In this document: one piece after another, positions 60,564-64,000 of the stretch
Position numbering within the stretch: position 1 is the stretch's first letter
Layout: each line of letters opens with the position of its first letter
Origin: Phycisphaeraceae bacterium
GTDB taxonomy: Bacteria > Planctomycetota > Phycisphaerae > Phycisphaerales > Phycisphaeraceae
Length of the DNA: 64,000 nucleotides
NCBI GenBank assembly: GCA_963674705.1
Contig: OY771506.1
Location: forward strand, 2,272,001-2,336,000
Direction of reading: 5' to 3'
The notes under the pieces: model-generated
Database searches by the model: none
Seen by the model: the letters and a program-made list of their open reading frames with translations, nothing else
Told to the model about the DNA's origin: nothing
Translations under genes and position numbers: made by a program

Positions 60564-62027
60564 ATGACTACGATGCATTCGACGGATGGCGGGATACTGG
60601 CCAAGGAACTGGACATCGACGCGGTGATTGCCGGCGAGGGGAGGTTGTCGCCTGAGCAGGCGGTACGACTGTACCACGAGGCTTCGATGCACGACCTGGG
60701 GCGTTGGGCCTCGGCGGTGTGCGATCGTATTCACGGCCCTGAAAAGCGCACTTACGTCATCGACCGCAACGTCAATTACACCAATGTCTGTTCCGCCCGC
60801 TGCACATTCTGTGCGTTCCGTCGAGATGGTGATGAGAAAGATGCATACACCCTCAGCACAAAGCAACTGCATCAGAAGATTCAGGAGCTGGTGGATATCG
60901 GCGGGACGCAGGTGCTGCTGCAGGGCGGGATGCATCCGGACCTGCCGATCGAGTTTTATGAGGATATGCTGGTCGGCATAAAAACCAAATTTCCGGGGGT
61001 GCATGTGCATGGATTCAGCCCGCCGGAGTTTGTTGAATTCGTCGCGGTTTTTGAGTTGGACGGCTTCCCCACCACGAAGCCGGGCAAGAGCCACGAATTG
61101 CCTGCAGATGTCTGGAACGAGAAGCTGGATGTCATCCTTAAGCGGTTGGTGAAAGCGGGGCTTGACACGATACCGGGTGGCGGCGGAGAAATTTTTCCTG
61201 AACATGTCCGTCGACGTATCGGCATCGGCAAAGCGACCGCCAAGCAATGGCTTGATGTCATGGCGGCCGGGCATCGGTTGGGCATGCTCACCAGTGCGAC
61301 GATGATGTTTGGCCACATTGAAGGTATTGCCGATCGCATCATGCACATGGCAATGATCCGAGACCGCCAGGACGAGGCGATCCGCAGCAACGGGTCGGGC
61401 AAATACATCAGCTTCATCAGTTGGCCCTTCCAGCGTGAGAACACACCGCTTGGCCGGGTGCCTGATTACGATCTGGCAAGCGATGAGCCGTTTCCCGGCG
61501 ATGTCCTGGCGGACATGGTTTTTGCCGGCAAATTGGATGGCTTTGATAAAGCGGCATGCGACAAGGCTGTGTCCAAGGCCGGCAAGCTCGTACGGATGGC
61601 TGGAGCGAGTGAGTACCTGCGGATGCAGGCGATCAGCCGACTTTTCCTCGACAATATCCACTCGATCGGTGCTTCGTGGGTCACGATGGGTCCGAAAATC
61701 GGCCAACTCGGCCTGTTCTACGGCGCCAACGACATGGGCAGCGTGATGATGGAAGAAAACGTCGTCAGCGCCGCCGGCACGACGTATTGCCTCAATGAGC
61801 CGGTGCTTTGTCAGTTGATCCGCGACTCCGGTTTCACACCCGCTCAGCGCGACAACGGCTACAAACTCCTGAACATCCACACCGGCCCGGATTCACCCGA
61901 TCTTCAGGTTACTGACTGGTCGGAGCACCGCGTGCAGAAGCTGCACATTGAGAAAGGCGGATGTACGGAACATGCATCACCCGGTGATGAAAGTGTAACC
62001 GTGCCTTTGACGATAACACAGGATTAA
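60564..62027 (+). CDS. mqnC: Cyclic dehypoxanthinyl futalosine synthase (CofH/MqnC radical SAM)
   Basis: IDRNVNYTNVCSARCTFCAF, LLQGGMHP, ATMMFGH, SWVTMG, GANDMGSVMMEENVV. Confidence 0.85.
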   Translation: MTTMHSTDGGILAKELDIDAVIAGEGRLSPEQAVRLYHEASMHDLGRWASAVCDRIHGPEKRTYVIDRNVNYTNVCSARCTFCAFRRDGDEKDAYTLSTKQLHQKIQELVDIGGTQVLLQGGMHPDLPIEFYEDMLVGIKTKFPGVHVHGFSPPEFVEFVAVFELDGFPTTKPGKSHELPADVWNEKLDVILKRLVKAGLDTIPGGGGEIFPEHVRRRIGIGKATAKQWLDVMAAGHRLGMLTSATMMFGHIEGIADRIMHMAMIRDRQDEAIRSNGSGKYISFISWPFQRENTPLGRVPDYDLASDEPFPGDVLADMVFAGKLDGFDKAACDKAVSKAGKLVRMAGASEYLRMQAISRLFLDNIHSIGASWVTMGPKIGQLGLFYGANDMGSVMMEENVVSAAGTTYCLNEPVLCQLIRDSGFTPAQRDNGYKLLNIHTGPDSPDLQVTDWSEHRVQKLHIEKGGCTEHASPGDESVTVPLTITQD

Positions 62028-62148
62028 CACGCAATCGCAAGATTCTTCGGTAAAATAGGTTAATTAGACAGGGTTCAAGAAAAGACTAGAATATCTCATC
62101 TGCAGTCCCCCCCTGGTTTTTCTCACCCTCAACATATTGGATATCCCC

Positions 62149-64000
62149 GTGAGTATCCGCAACTTAGATGCCATTTTTAAGCCTAAACGTGTAGCTGTTA
62201 TCGGTGCAAGTGATTCGCCTTCAGGCGTCGGCTACGCGGTCCTTCGAAATATGGTCGGCGCAGGGTTCGACGGTGTCGTGTATCCGGTTAACCCCAAGCG
62301 CGAGAGCGTTCAGGGGATCGCCGCATATAAGAGCGTCAAAGAGGTGCCTTTCACGCCTGACCTGGCGGTGATCTGCACGCCGTCAGCGACGGTGAAGCCG
62401 CTCGTTCAGGAGTGTGCCGACGCCGGCGTCAAGGGTGTGGTGATCATCACCGCCGGTTTCCGTGAGACGGGCGAGGAGGGCTTGAAACAGGAACTTGAGA
62501 TCGCTGAGATCGCCCGTAAGGCCGGGATGCGTGTGGTTGGTCCGAACTGCCTGGGTGTTATCACACCAAGGCTCGGGCTCAACGCCAGCTTCACAGTCGG
62601 CATGCCGAAGGACGGCAACATTGCATTCATCTCGCAATCCGGGGCACTAGGCACAAGCGTATTAGACTGGGCGGTCCGCAAGGGTATTGGTCTGTCGTAC
62701 TTCGTGTCCGTCGGTAACATGATGGACGTCGGCTTCCCGGCCCTGATCGACTACTTCGGCCAGGACCCGCGCACCCGATCGCTGATCCTTTATATCGAAT
62801 CGATCAAGGACGCCCGCCGTTTCGTCTCGGCGGCACGTGCGTTCAGCAAGAAGATGCCGATCATCGCCTACAAGGCCGGCCGATTCGCCGAATCTGCCGC
62901 CGCCGCCGCGTCGCACACCGGTGCCCTGATGGGGGCTGACGATGTGCACGACGCCGCGTTCCGGCGTGCGGGTATCGAACGTGTGTATGAGATCGACGAC
63001 CTGTTCGATTGTGCCGAGTTGCTTGCCAGGCATCAACCGCCCAAGAGCAGTCGACTGGCGATCGTCACGAATGCCGGCGGCCCGGGCGTCATGGCGACCG
63101 ATGCGCTACTGGCTCACGGTGGCGAACTGGCCAAACTCCAGCCGGAAACCATGGAGAAGCTCAACGCCTGCATGCCTGCCGCATGGTCGCATGGCAACCC
63201 GGTCGACGTACTGGGTGACGCGACCAGTGCCCGTTATGCCGACGCCGTCAAGATCGTCAGTGAAGACCCGAACGTCGACGCGATGCTCGTCATCCTTACG
63301 CCCCAAGCCATGACTGACGATCAGGAAACCGCGCGTGTACTCGGTGAAACCTGTGGCAACATGAGTAAACCCGTCCTCGGCGCCTGGTTGGGTGGTACAT
63401 CGGTCATCAAGGGCCGCGAAATCCTCAACCGCTACAACATCCCATCGTATCCAAGCCCCGAGCGTGCCATCCGCGGGTATATGCACTTGGTCAATCACGC
63501 CAAGAACATCGAGACGCTTTACGAAACCCCATCGGCTGTCCCGATCCACGATACCGTCAGCAAAGACCTGGCCGGTTCTTTGAGAGATATGCCGAACCTG
63601 ACGCTCAGTGAGATCGAATCCAAGCAACTGTTCAAGGACTTCGGTATCCCGGTCGCGATGGCTGAACCTGCATCGAGTGCGGATCAAGCGGTGAAGATCG
63701 CAAAGGAGATGGGCTACCCCGTCGTTATGAAGATCCGGTCACCACAGATCACGCATAAGACCGATGTCGGCGGCGTGGCGTTGGGTCTTGAAACCGATGA
63801 GGAAGTTCGAGGGGCTTACGAACGCATCACCGAAGCTGCTGCGAAGCTGAGGCCGGACGCTGATATCCAAGGCGTTTCCATCCAGCCGATGATCAGCAAC
63901 CGCGACGGCATCGAAATGATTCTCGGTGTTAAGAAAGACCCGGTCTTCGGAACCGTGCTGCTTGCAGGTATGGGTGGCGTGACCGCTGAACTCTTGCAGG
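62149..64000 (+). CDS. NDP-forming acyl-CoA ligase / Pat-type acetyltransferase family protein, truncated by window edge
   Basis: Manual translation from GTG 62149: NLDAIFKPKRVAVIGAS, VVGPNCLG, SQSGALG, SHTGAL, TNAGGPG, NPVD, HKTDVGGV. Confidence 0.9.
   Translation, partial: MSIRNLDAIFKPKRVAVIGASDSPSGVGYAVLRNMVGAGFDGVVYPVNPKRESVQGIAAYKSVKEVPFTPDLAVICTPSATVKPLVQECADAGVKGVVIITAGFRETGEEGLKQELEIAEIARKAGMRVVGPNCLGVITPRLGLNASFTVGMPKDGNIAFISQSGALGTSVLDWAVRKGIGLSYFVSVGNMMDVGFPALIDYFGQDPRTRSLILYIESIKDARRFVSAARAFSKKMPIIAYKAGRFAESAAAAASHTGALMGADDVHDAAFRRAGIERVYEIDDLFDCAELLARHQPPKSSRLAIVTNAGGPGVMATDALLAHGGELAKLQPETMEKLNACMPAAWSHGNPVDVLGDATSARYADAVKIVSEDPNVDAMLVILTPQAMTDDQETARVLGETCGNMSKPVLGAWLGGTSVIKGREILNRYNIPSYPSPERAIRGYMHLVNHAKNIETLYETPSAVPIHDTVSKDLAGSLRDMPNLTLSEIESKQLFKDFGIPVAMAEPASSADQAVKIAKEMGYPVVMKIRSPQITHKTDVGGVALGLETDEEVRGAYERITEAAAKLRPDADIQGVSIQPMISNRDGIEMILGVKKDPVFGTVLLAGMGGVTAELLQ

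Noticed and set aside
60522..61880. 452-aa minus-strand ORF
   Set aside because: Antisense shadow of mqnC.

Overview
A 64 kb chromosomal stretch of a high-GC bacterium. Gene content suggests Planctomycetota, probably Phycisphaerae; this is inferred from DUF4159 and YdjY-like proteins, membrane proteins with CxxCGY-CPECG zinc ribbons, and a HAL2-type nucleotidase. Most genes are housekeeping: leuS, dnaB, scpA, kdsD/kdsC, carB, pdxJ, metY, a metX-metW fusion, acs, rtcB, pyrH, frr and mqnC. There is also a GntR/YtrA-ABC operon, a hemerythrin beside a CHASE-PAS-GGDEF-EAL gene, and three chemoreceptors around a stand-alone periplasmic sensor protein. dnaB carries an Ala-initiated class-3-type intein with a LAGLIDADG endonuclease. 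I saw no rRNA, tRNA, CRISPR array, prophage or transposase. The most unusual signals are non-coding. (1) A pair of candidate GGA-rich small RNAs with their own promoters and terminators (CsrB/Rsm-like) at about 29.63-29.99 kb. (2) An unassigned ~250 nt multi-stem RNA candidate upstream of the hemerythrin. (3) A polarised system of heptamer and nonamer tandem repeats and REP-like palindromes that abuts start and stop codons and has entered carB in frame. (4) An 801-bp near-identical block shared by two chemoreceptors. All family assignments come from motif recognition by eye; no searches were run.
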